A stretch of DNA of 64,000 bases from Epithemia pelagica. Its lineage: Eukaryota > Protista > Bacillariophyta. Shown here piece after piece: positions 38,155 through 47,382 of this stretch (positions are counted from its first letter, which is position 1; each line of letters opens with the position of its first letter). The position numbers and the translations under genes were made by a program. Location of the stretch: contig OX337229.1 in assembly GCA_946965045.2 (NCBI GenBank), positions 2,294,001-2,358,000 of the forward strand, given 5' to 3'. Below the pieces are notes generated by a model. It saw only the letters and a program-made list of their open reading frames with translations. It was not told the origin of the DNA and ran no database searches.

Positions 38155-40230
38155 TCAGGAGGAATTAGACATGTCGGCAGACTTGTCAGAGACATTGGGG
38201 TCACGGACATCGAATTCAAGATCGGCGGAATAACGACCGCACACATTACGCCTTCGCTCTGCGGCAGCCAATTGTCCATTGGCAAGCATAGTGTATTTCA
38301 AAGCTTCGTCGAACACTTCCGTGTGCTCGGCTAAGCGTCTGCACACATGGTACATTTGGCGCTCTTCTCGTTCATAGCCTGACATTTTAGACCAGCGCCA
38401 AGACCAAATTGGACTATTGTGTACAATAGTGTCGATCTCTTCGCGGAAGCTTCCTTTCAGCATACTTTGGTCATGCTTGGTAAGTGAGCGGACGTTGCGA
38501 GGCCCTTCAGCAAACTTGCCTTTGACCGGTAGCGGCAGCTTTACAAAGATGTCGCCGTGTTCCGGGACTGGTGGGATGGTCATATGACTCATATCAGGAC
38601 GTCCGTCCTCTTCCCATTGCCACATCGGTGGATAGGTCTCGTATTCCCCCATGGGGCGAGTACGTACGGATTTGACGGACGCAGATCCGGGTTCGTTCGG
38701 TTGTGCTTTAGCCTTATGCGCGAAACGTCCAAAGCTGTTGCCAGCTGAGGACTTTGTCGGCTGCGAATCATCTTCGGATGATTTTGCAGGTGAGGCGGAA
38801 GCGCGGAACTTAGAGTGCTTGTCTGGCGACGGTACGTTGTCAACAGAGGAGTCAAGCAAGTTCTCGTCTACTTCCATAATGACCGATACGTTGGTCTTAG
38901 CCTCAGGCTTAGCGTCGTCATCAATGTCTACTGAGATTGCGTCCTCAGCAGTACTCCCATGCGACGTTTTCGACCTCTTCGACGATGCGTTGGAAGAGTC
39001 GTCTGTGGTGACGGATCCAAGCTTCCGCTTTTCTTTGCGCTCTTTGCGAAGAGCCTGGACTTGTTTGCGTTCGTCCTCCGTCAGGTCTGCCCATTCGTCG
39101 GCATCGTAGTGACCAGCATGAACGCGGTCCTTCTTTTTCTTGCTCTTTTTCTGATTGCGCCCTTTGCCCTTTCCTTTGCTTGGGGTGGTACTAGCAGCAG
39201 CGATCTTGCGAGAGTCGTCCTGCGTTTCGGTTTTGGCGGCACTGTGCACAGTCAAGAAGTATTGCTGGCACGCTTCAAAGTTCTCCAACTTCTCCTGGTC
39301 ACCGTTGACGACGGTCTTTGCTTGGACGAGTGTCGGATCGGTGATCCCATTCATGAAATCGGTCACTTTTTTCGTTTTCGCGACCGTTTCGCCAAGCTCT
39401 TCCAGGGTGTTGTGCGCATGTTGGTGACGGTGAATGTAGTCATGGAAGCGGTACTTCCCTCGTCCTGTAAACTTAGCATTTGCGATCTGCGCATAAGCCT
39501 GTTTCTTGCGCAGGATGCTCGCGGCCTGTCCAGTGGCTTGCCGCTTGACGGTTAGGTAGGCCTCACGGCCGTCCTTCGATTTCGCGTGCGTTTTAGCAAA
39601 CGTCCATGCCGGACCATCGTAGATAAGAGGGTAGTACAGCTCATACACTCTGCGTCGGTCGGCTTTGTACTGGTCCCCCTCATGACGAGTGGTCGCGACT
39701 AGGTCGTCGTCAATGCAGTCGTAATCGGCGGTTAGTGCGTCGTCCGGTACGTCGGACTCCTCACGCAATACGTAGGTGAGCGGCACTCCCGTTGTCGGAT
39801 TACGGTGCTGACCCAAGTACGTGCGCCACATTCCGTCGTGACGTTCCCAATCGGCAAGGTTCGTTAGCCTTTTGGGTGGTACTGGGTCATCCTGACCATC
39901 AGTGGTGGTGGCATTCGCGAGTTCCGTTACGCGTTTCATCCACTTGGTGATTACGTCACCAGTATAAGCACCAGCATCAAGGTCCTGACCACGGACAGAA
40001 CGGTATTCCAACCACATTCGGAAGCCAAGGAACTTGAGGTTGAATTGGTAGGGTAGGGTGACGCCGTCAGGTAGGTTCTTGGCTAGTGTCTTCAGCATGG
40101 GCTTTACTTCGTTGATAGGAAACTCCAGGAACTGATCCGTTGTCGTGAAGCCCTGTTGCGTTAGGTACCCAACGGTAGCATTGTCGTAGCCACAGCGGCC
40201 CAGTGCAGTACGGAAGGCATTTGCGGCCAT
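38155..40230 (-). CDS. gag: Copia B- gag, 691 aa, with an extended C-terminal domain
   Basis: GVPLTYVLR...DNRRV-like region, YHRHQHAHNTL-like region and YDADEWADLT motif typical of CoDi gag. Confidence 0.9.
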   Translation of the reverse strand: MAANAFRTALGRCGYDNATVGYLTQQGFTTTDQFLEFPINEVKPMLKTLAKNLPDGVTLPYQFNLKFLGFRMWLEYRSVRGQDLDAGAYTGDVITKWMKRVTELANATTTDGQDDPVPPKRLTNLADWERHDGMWRTYLGQHRNPTTGVPLTYVLREESDVPDDALTADYDCIDDDLVATTRHEGDQYKADRRRVYELYYPLIYDGPAWTFAKTHAKSKDGREAYLTVKRQATGQAASILRKKQAYAQIANAKFTGRGKYRFHDYIHRHQHAHNTLEELGETVAKTKKVTDFMNGITDPTLVQAKTVVNGDQEKLENFEACQQYFLTVHSAAKTETQDDSRKIAAASTTPSKGKGKGRNQKKSKKKKDRVHAGHYDADEWADLTEDERKQVQALRKERKEKRKLGSVTTDDSSNASSKRSKTSHGSTAEDAISVDIDDDAKPEAKTNVSVIMEVDENLLDSSVDNVPSPDKHSKFRASASPAKSSEDDSQPTKSSAGNSFGRFAHKAKAQPNEPGSASVKSVRTRPMGEYETYPPMWQWEEDGRPDMSHMTIPPVPEHGDIFVKLPLPVKGKFAEGPRNVRSLTKHDQSMLKGSFREEIDTIVHNSPIWSWRWSKMSGYEREERQMYHVCRRLAEHTEVFDEALKYTMLANGQLAAAERRRNVCGRYSADLEFDVRDPNVSDKSADMSNSS

Positions 40231-40711
40231 GGTTCAAGGGTCGGATGAAGGGTAGGAGGGTAGTAGAAGGTCAAACGGATGGCAAGGGAAGGCTTGTTCT
40301 TGTGCAGAAATTTGCAATTGTGATGGGAAGAGCGAATTTCTGTGAGCCAACAATCTGCGAGTGAATCGGCGAGTAGTCGTCCGGCGATTCCGCGAGCGAG
40401 CGAGCTAGCGATCGGCGAATCCGCGAGTCGGCGAACCGGCGATTCCGCGAGCAAGCAGGTACGTGTCAAAAGCCAGCAGGCTTATATAATTGAGTCGTAC
40501 GGAGCGCGTGGATGGACGGTCCACGTGTACGAGCACGTGCACGGTACGTTGTGCAGTCGCAAGTCACAAATTAGCGAGTGGGTCCCACAGTGACAAAAAC
40601 AAGTCACAGAGATGACGCAAGCGAGCGAGTGACGAAGCCGCTTAGCGCGAACAACTCCCGAGCGTTGATCAGGCGCTTGCCGTCCGGCGAACAGTGGGGA
40701 AACAACAGACT

Positions 40712-40725
40712 TGGGTCTGATAAAC
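40712..40725 (-). promoter_or_regulatory. PBS of copia B- (tRNA-Ile anticodon arm)
   Basis: TGGGT-CT-GAT-AA-AC abuts the 5' LTR. Confidence 0.75.
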
Positions 40726-40965
40726 TGAATAAAAACTGACGGCCAGACGCAAAATACGGCTTGCAACAATCAAACTATCAGAAATTATGATGACTAAACT
40801 AGGGGTGCCCTTTGGGGGCAAATCGCTCACGTAGGGGCCAAATAGCGACCACGGTACCCACTAGCGAACACATAACTAGGGGCCGGGCGATGCCAGGCGG
40901 TGCGTAGCGAGGCATGGCGAGGCCCTTCGTAGGTTACAAAGGGGGCGCCCGTGATTATTTATTTA
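40726..40965 (-). repeat. 5' LTR of copia B-
   Basis: 240-bp direct repeat of 33557-33796. Confidence 0.95.
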
Positions 40966-40972
40966 GCTCGCC

Positions 40973-43928
40973 ATGAAGACTCGCAACGCTAACAAAGCCG
41001 CTGCCGCCGCCGCAAACAAGGAGAACGCACCGCCTCATCGTCCTGCTGCTGTAAAGACTCGTCAATCCAGCAAGGCTGCGTCGACTGTTTGCAAGAAAAG
41101 CAACCCTTCGTCATCGCTCCTCCGGAAACGATCCGTCAACATCCCTGTTCCAAAACAGGGGAACAAGAAACCTGCACCGGTTCCTCTGTCCGAACCTTCT
41201 CAGAACTCGTAAGAAGTCACTGACGATTGTTGTTTCTTTGTGTAGTGTCATGTTCCCATCTCACTCTGTTTGATTGTTCGTATTGCAGGGATGCTGTTCT
41301 TCCTGTTGGAACTTTGGAAGCTCCGAATGTGGAATCCATTGCTGTGGCCCCTCAGTACGTTGACTTTGCTTTGCATTGGTGGATTGCTTTCATGGTTCGT
41401 CCAGTTCTAATTGTCTCGTTGATTGATGTGCTTTGCAGGGCGTCCATGCAAGTGCCTCCCAATGGAACCTCCGTTCCGCCTCGCAATGGAACCTCTGTTC
41501 TGCCTCCCAATGGAACCTCCGTTCCCATTGCTCCGAATGTGGCCCCTCAGTACGTTGGTTTTGACTTGCAGTGGATTGTCTGCATGTTTCTTCCTGTTCC
41601 AACTGTCTCGTTGATTGCTGCGTTTTACAGGGCGTCGACGCAAGTGCCTCCCAATGAAACGTCCGTTCCCATTGCTCCCTCTCTAAAGATGGCTGCCCAA
41701 GCTGCGTCTTCTCGGTCCACCCTTGTTGTCGACGAAGCAACAGGGCGGGTGACCTTTGACTTCCTTTCGAGCAACTCGCTACCCGAGGTAGTCAATACCC
41801 CCGACGATCTTGAGGCATGGGCCTCTTATGCCAGGATCTCGAACGAGCGCGTCTATGGAGACGGGGCTCGCAACGTAAATTTCTCTGACCTGTCAATGAA
41901 CACGGCAGGGTATGAGCGGGAGAAGGCAAGAACATTTGAACGCTTTCTGAACATCCTGGCCCGACATCAAGACTTACACAAACTCACCAAAGTCATCGCC
42001 GATCCTGATAACCCATCGAAGCAAACCCTCCGTCTTTTTACGTTGTTGCGAGGATACAAGACCCCGGAGAAAGCAAAGTGTCTGAATCTTGTATTTTACC
42101 TTTTGGTCTCGAATCTGTACACCAAGGCCGGGCAGGTGTATCAACCGAACGCTTTGAAAAAGATGCTGGACCATGTGTTCTCTGTGCTTCATACCAACGG
42201 CATTCAGTACGGGAGTCTGGATCTTCAAAACCTGCCCCGTTCATACCATGCTTACTGCAAAAAGCAGTTTGAAGAAGAGTCGCGCCCGAAGAAAGCCAAG
42301 ATTGTGCAGAATGACGAGTACCTGTTTCGGAACAAGGCAAACCCGAAACAAAATCCTTTTACGGTCCCCATCGACCTTTTACGACTAGTAGTTTATAAGT
42401 TCCAACGTGATTTCGGTCCACGTGGTACCATCGAGGTAAGTACTGTCTGATTGTTGGTTTGGTTTCTTCGGACATATGATTTCTCACGTTTTTTGCCTCG
42501 TTTCTTACAGACCTGTAAAGTTAGAGTTGCAGACTTAGTCCACATCCCCGCACTTCCAGAGGAGTATGGCTCGTTGGCGGGCCTACCCGCGTACAAACTC
42601 AAAGAGTATAGCCGCGAGAAATGCTCGAAGCTGTCATTGAATAACCCCACTCTTGACGCTGAAGACGGGCGCGAGCTCAACATGATCGTCAACAACCCCG
42701 ACGACCCGTGGTCCACGTACAAATTACTCCAGTACTGGATCGAGCACGCCCTACCTCCTGGCTGGACGGGTCTACTGTTTCTCAATATTGCTTCGGAGAA
42801 GGAACGCAAGGCTCGTCCCTCTCCTGCGAATGACAAGTGGTGGGCTGGCACCATGTTGGTGCGAGACACGTCGAAAGAAGCCATGGCTCGCTACAACAAA
42901 GCAGTCGCAAATGGTTTCACAGGACCGCCTCCGACACGCCCAATCGGTCAACTCGGCAAGAAGTGGCCGAACGAAAATGCCAAGCTCCTATTCAAGAGGT
43001 GCGGCTTAGAAGACTGGAAACAAACGACTGCGCGGACGGGCCGCCGTACCGGAATCTCCAACGTGGCACAATCTGGTGCTCCACAAAAGATCGTCAACAA
43101 ATTCGGACGCCACAAGACTGATGAGGCGAACTTCGCATACCAAGAGTTTGGACCGGAATCCTACGCCGCGGTCTTAAAAGCAAACTGGCATAAGGATGCC
43201 TCGCCTGTCACAGTCAAACAAGGTAAGTCCATTTTTTGGTTGATTGCTATCGTTGTTTCTTCTCTCATTCTTCTGTTTTCTTTTCAGAACCCGTGGAAAC
43301 GAAACCAAAGTCTCACCACGAGAAGAAGGCGCTGTCTGCAGTTTTTCAACCATTGACTCTAGAAGAAGATGATGATTTGACGGATTCTCTCTTCAAAGGC
43401 TTTTACTGGGAGGCTTTTGGCACCAACGGCCAACAAGCCTCGAACATAATTGAGTCACAGGCTCCTCCTCCAAAGAAGAAGCCGCCGAAGTCAGTTGTCG
43501 CCTCGCACATGCCTCAATGCAACACCCCCACTTCCTCGTCATCGTCATCGTCATCCATGTGTTCTCCACACGGTCGGTTCCGCTCGAATGGTATGGTTGC
43601 TCCTACCTTCATCCCACAACAACAACAACCCTCGTCTTTCATCGTAACACAACAAGAACAACCAGCACTTGCTTGAATGCCGACGATGTTGCAACCCACC
43701 TACCCTACACAGCAGCCCATGATGAATGGGTTTATGCAACAACCGTACATGCATACGACCTCAATGCAGTTTGGGATGGTTGCTCCGAACTACGCACCAC
43801 AGCCTTCCATCATGCCGACCACCATGCAACAAACCATGATCCAGCAGCCCCATTTTCAACCTGTTCAGTTCCAACAACCCTCCCATCCACGCAAGTACAA
43901 GAAATCCCACAAGAAGAGGTCTTCTTGA
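40973..43928 (+). CDS. Intron-containing tyrosine recombinase (Crypton/DUF3504-like); in-frame TGA at 43674-43676 before the Q/P/M-rich tail
   Basis: Predicted exons 40973-41208, 41289-41354, 41439-41549, 41631-42435, 42511-43222 and 43288-43676(43928); all GT-AG junctions keep the frame. Catalytic-type motifs are FGPRGTIE (R), RTGRRT, GRHK and AY (Y at 43138). Confidence 0.75.
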
Positions 43929-44356
43929 TGGGTTAGTTGGTGAGTTTTCGTCACCTGCTGCTTGTTTCTTTCGTTTCTTCATGTTTATCTCACAAACTTT
44001 TTCTTATTTGCACAGACTTACAGTGCTGCTACTGTCCACTATCAGTATTCTCTACTTCTTCCAACAGTCGCCCTAGTTGCTGGTATGGTGAGTAACCATG
44101 GCTGTATTTTCGACCTTCCTCTGTCTTGTTTGACTAACCAATTGTCTATTGCATTCACAGTGATCCCATTATTCAATGGTTGATCCTTCTAGAACTTAGG
44201 TATCGTCGTTGCCATCGTTGCGTCCATTTTTCGTGGTGCGCTCTTTCCCCTTGGTTTGCTCGCCCGGCGTGTTTGTGCGCGAATCGCGCGAATTTTCGGT
44301 AATTACTACCTTCCGCTCGTACAATAATTTCGTACTCTACTATAAAAATGTGAGCA

Positions 44357-44384
44357 GAACTACCTGCATAGCTAGGTATGGAGT
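44357..44384 (-). repeat. Right inverted repeat of the YR element
   Basis: GAACTACCTGCATAGCTAGGTATGGAGT. Confidence 0.85.
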
Positions 44385-44571
44385 TAGTGCCGCAACTCTT
44401 CAAACCGTTGAATGAAGCTGAGGCTGTCTGTATGGATGGTCAAGGTGTGAAGAGGATTACCCAGGAATCCGTAGTATCGCAGAAAGTGCTTAAGAAAACA
44501 GATCAGGGTCCATATAGACCAGGCTTCAGCTCAGAACGACGACATGGGCCATCCCAATACTGGCCGCAAAC
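44385..44571 (-). pseudogene. LINE RNase H middle segment
   Basis: FLKHFLRYYG...LTIHTDSLSFIQRFEELRH. Confidence 0.7.
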
Positions 44572-44811
44572 TGAATAAATAATCACGGGCGCCCCCTTTG
44601 TAACCTACGAAGGGCCTCGCCATGCCTCGCTACGCACCGCCTGGCATCGCCCGGCCCCTAGTTATGTGTTCGCTAGTGGGTACCGTGGTCGCTATTTGGC
44701 CCCTACGTGAGCGATTTGCCCCCAAAGGGCACCCCTAGTTTAGTCATCATAATTTCTGATAGTTTGATTGTTGCAAGCCGTATTTTGCGTCTGGCCGTCA
44801 GTTTTTATTCA
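44572..44811 (+). repeat. 5' LTR of copia B+
   Basis: TGAATAAA...TTTATTCA, an 8-bp terminal inverted repeat. Confidence 0.95.
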
Positions 44812-44825
44812 GTTTATCAGACCCA
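44812..44825 (+). promoter_or_regulatory. PBS of copia B+ (tRNA-Ile anticodon arm)
   Basis: GTTTATCAGACCCA directly after the LTR's CA. Confidence 0.75.
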
Positions 44826-45306
44826 AGTCTGTTGTTTCCCCACTGTTCGCCGGACGGCAAGCGCCTGATCAACGCTCGGGAGTTGTTCGCGCTAAGCGGC
44901 TTCGTCACTCGCTCGCTTGCGTCATCTCTGTGACTTGTTTTTGTCACTGTGGGACCCACTCGCTAATTTGTGACTTGCGACTGCACAACGTACCGTGCAC
45001 GTGCTCGTACACGTGGACCGTCCATCCACGCGCTCCGTACGACTCAATTATATAAGCCTGCTGGCTTTCGACACGTGCCTGCTTGCTCGCGGAATCGCCG
45101 GTTCGCCGACTCGCGGATTCGCCGATCGCCAGCCCGCTCGCTCGCGGAATCGCCGGACGACTACTCGCCGATTCACTCGCAGATTGTTGGCTCACAGAAA
45201 TTCGCTCTTCCCATCACAATTGCAAATTTCTGCACAAGAACAAGCCTTCCCTTGCCATCCGTTTGACCTTCTACTACCCTTCTACCCTTCATCCGACCCT
45301 TGAACC

Positions 45307-47382
45307 ATGGCCGCAAATGCCTTCCGTACTGCACTGGGCCGCTGTGGCTACGACAATGCTACCGTTGGGTACCTAACGCAACAGGGCTTCACGACAACGG
45401 ATCAGTTCCTGGAGTTTCCTATCAACGAAGTAAAGCCCATGCTGAAGACACTAGCCAAGAACCTACCTGACGGCGTCACCCTACCCTACCAATTCAACCT
45501 CAAGTTCCTTGGCTTCCGAATGTGGTTGGAATACCGTTCTGTCCGTGGTCAGGACCTTGATGCTGGTGCTTATACTGGTGACGTAATCACCAAGTGGATG
45601 AGACGCGTAACGGAACTCGCGAATGCCACCACCACTGATGGTCAGGATGACCCAGTACCACCCAAAAGGCTAACGAACCTTGCCGATTGGGAACGTCACG
45701 ATGGAATGTGGCGCACGTACTTGGGTCAGCACCGTAATCCGACAACGGGAGTGCCGCTCACCTACGTATTGCGTGAGGAGTCCGACGTACCGGACGACGC
45801 ACTAACCGCCGATTACGACTGCATTGACGACGACCTAGTCGCGACCACTCGTCATGAGGGGGACCAGTACAAAGCCGACCGACGCAGAGTGTATGAGCTT
45901 TACTACCCTCTTATCTACGATGGTCCGGCATGGACGTTTGCTAAAACGCACGCGAAATCGAAGGACGGCCGTGAGGCCTACCTAACCGTCAAGCGGCAAG
46001 CCACTGGACAGGCCGCGAGCATCCTGCGCAAGAAACAGGCTTATGCGCAGATCGCAAATGCTAAGTTTACAGGACGAGGGAAGTACCGCTTCCATGACTA
46101 CATCCACCGTCACCAACATGCGCACAACACCCTGGAAGAGCTTGGCGAAACGGTCGCGGAAACGAAAAAAGTGACCGATTTCATGAATGGGATCACCGAT
46201 CCGACGCTCGTCCAAGCAAAGACCGTCGTCAACGGTGACCAGGAGAAGTTGGAGAACTTCGAAGCGTGCCAGCAATACTTCTTGACTGTGCACAGTGCCG
46301 CCAAAACCGAAACGCACGACGACTCTCGCAAGATCGCCGCTGCTAGTACCACTCCAAGTAAAGGAAAGGGCAAAGGGCGCAATCAGAAAAAGAGCAAGAA
46401 AAAGAAGGACCGCGTTCATGCTGGTCACTACGATGCCGACGAATGGGCAGACCTGACGGAGGACGAACGCAAACAAGTCCAGGCTCTTCGCAAAGAGCGC
46501 AAAGAAAAGCGGAAGCTTGGATCCGTCACCACAGACGACTCTTCCAACGCATCGTCGAAGAGATCGAAAACGTCGCATGGGAGTACTGCTGAGGACGCAA
46601 TCTCAGTAGACATTGATGACGACGCTAAGCCTGAGGCTAAGACCAACGTATCGGTCATTATGGAAGTGGACGAGAACTTGCTTGACTCCTCTGTTGACAA
46701 CGTACCGTCGCCAGACAAGCACTCCAAGTTCCGCGCTTCCGCCTCACCTGCAAAATCATCCAAAGATGATTCGCAGCCGACAAAGTCCTCAGCTGGCAAC
46801 AGCTTTGGACGTTTCGCGCATAAGGCTAAAGCACAACCGAACGAACCCGGATCTGCGTCCGTCAAATCCGTACGTACTCGCCCCATGGGGGAATACGAGA
46901 CCTATCCACCGATGTGGCAATGGGAAGAGGACGGACGTCCTGATATGAGTCATATGACCATCCCACCAGTCCCGGAACACGGCGACATCTTTGTAAAGCT
47001 GCCGCTACCGGTCAAAGGCAAGTTTGCTGAAGGGCCTCGCAACGTCCGCTCACTTACCAAGCATGACCAAAGTATGCTGAAAGGAAGCTTCCGCGAAGAG
47101 ATCGACACTATTGTACACAATAGTCCAGTTTGGTCTTGGCGCTGGTCTAAAATGTCAGGCTATGAACGAGAAGAGCGCCAAATGTACCATGTGTGCAGAC
47201 GCTTAGCCGAGCACACGGAAGTGTTCGACGAAGCTTTGAAATACACTATGCTTGCCAATGGACAATTGGCTGCCGCAGAGCGAAGGCGTAATGTATGCGG
47301 TCGTTATTCCGCCGATCTTGAATTCGATGTCCGTGACCCGAATGTCTCTGACAAGTCTGCCGACAAGTCTAATTCCTCCTGA
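45307..47382 (+). CDS. gag: Copia B+ gag, 691 aa
   Basis: Near-identical to 38155-40230. Confidence 0.9.
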   Translation: MAANAFRTALGRCGYDNATVGYLTQQGFTTTDQFLEFPINEVKPMLKTLAKNLPDGVTLPYQFNLKFLGFRMWLEYRSVRGQDLDAGAYTGDVITKWMRRVTELANATTTDGQDDPVPPKRLTNLADWERHDGMWRTYLGQHRNPTTGVPLTYVLREESDVPDDALTADYDCIDDDLVATTRHEGDQYKADRRRVYELYYPLIYDGPAWTFAKTHAKSKDGREAYLTVKRQATGQAASILRKKQAYAQIANAKFTGRGKYRFHDYIHRHQHAHNTLEELGETVAETKKVTDFMNGITDPTLVQAKTVVNGDQEKLENFEACQQYFLTVHSAAKTETHDDSRKIAAASTTPSKGKGKGRNQKKSKKKKDRVHAGHYDADEWADLTEDERKQVQALRKERKEKRKLGSVTTDDSSNASSKRSKTSHGSTAEDAISVDIDDDAKPEAKTNVSVIMEVDENLLDSSVDNVPSPDKHSKFRASASPAKSSKDDSQPTKSSAGNSFGRFAHKAKAQPNEPGSASVKSVRTRPMGEYETYPPMWQWEEDGRPDMSHMTIPPVPEHGDIFVKLPLPVKGKFAEGPRNVRSLTKHDQSMLKGSFREEIDTIVHNSPVWSWRWSKMSGYEREERQMYHVCRRLAEHTEVFDEALKYTMLANGQLAAAERRRNVCGRYSADLEFDVRDPNVSDKSADKSNSS

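Larger units (their letters stand above)
33557..40965 (-). mobile_element. Intact young Ty1/copia 'copia B-'; 4-bp TSD GCTC
   Basis: 240-bp LTRs identical by eye, uninterrupted gag and pol, and GCTC at 33553-33556 and 40966-40969. Confidence 0.97.
32764..44384 (+). mobile_element. Tyrosine-recombinase (Crypton-like) DNA element, about 4.2 kb net, carrying nested copia B-
   Basis: Interrupts LINE RNase H between TA dinucleotides, has 28-bp inverted repeats at 32868-32895 and 44357-44384, and contains a single spliced YR gene. Confidence 0.7.

Noticed and set aside
40712-40725. tRNA gene fragments at the PBS sites
   Set aside because: Only 14 nt of anticodon arm are present, with no D or T arms; these are primer sites, not tRNA genes.
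40161-40769. Small ORFs repeated at 44768-45376
   Set aside because: Chance frames in the LTR and leader, duplicated only because the element is duplicated.
32770-44380. GGTATG direct repeat as the true YR element boundary
   Set aside because: Excision there leaves a stop and six extra residues in LINE RNase H, whereas the TA junction gives a clean RHYSYY. Kept only as a minor alternative.
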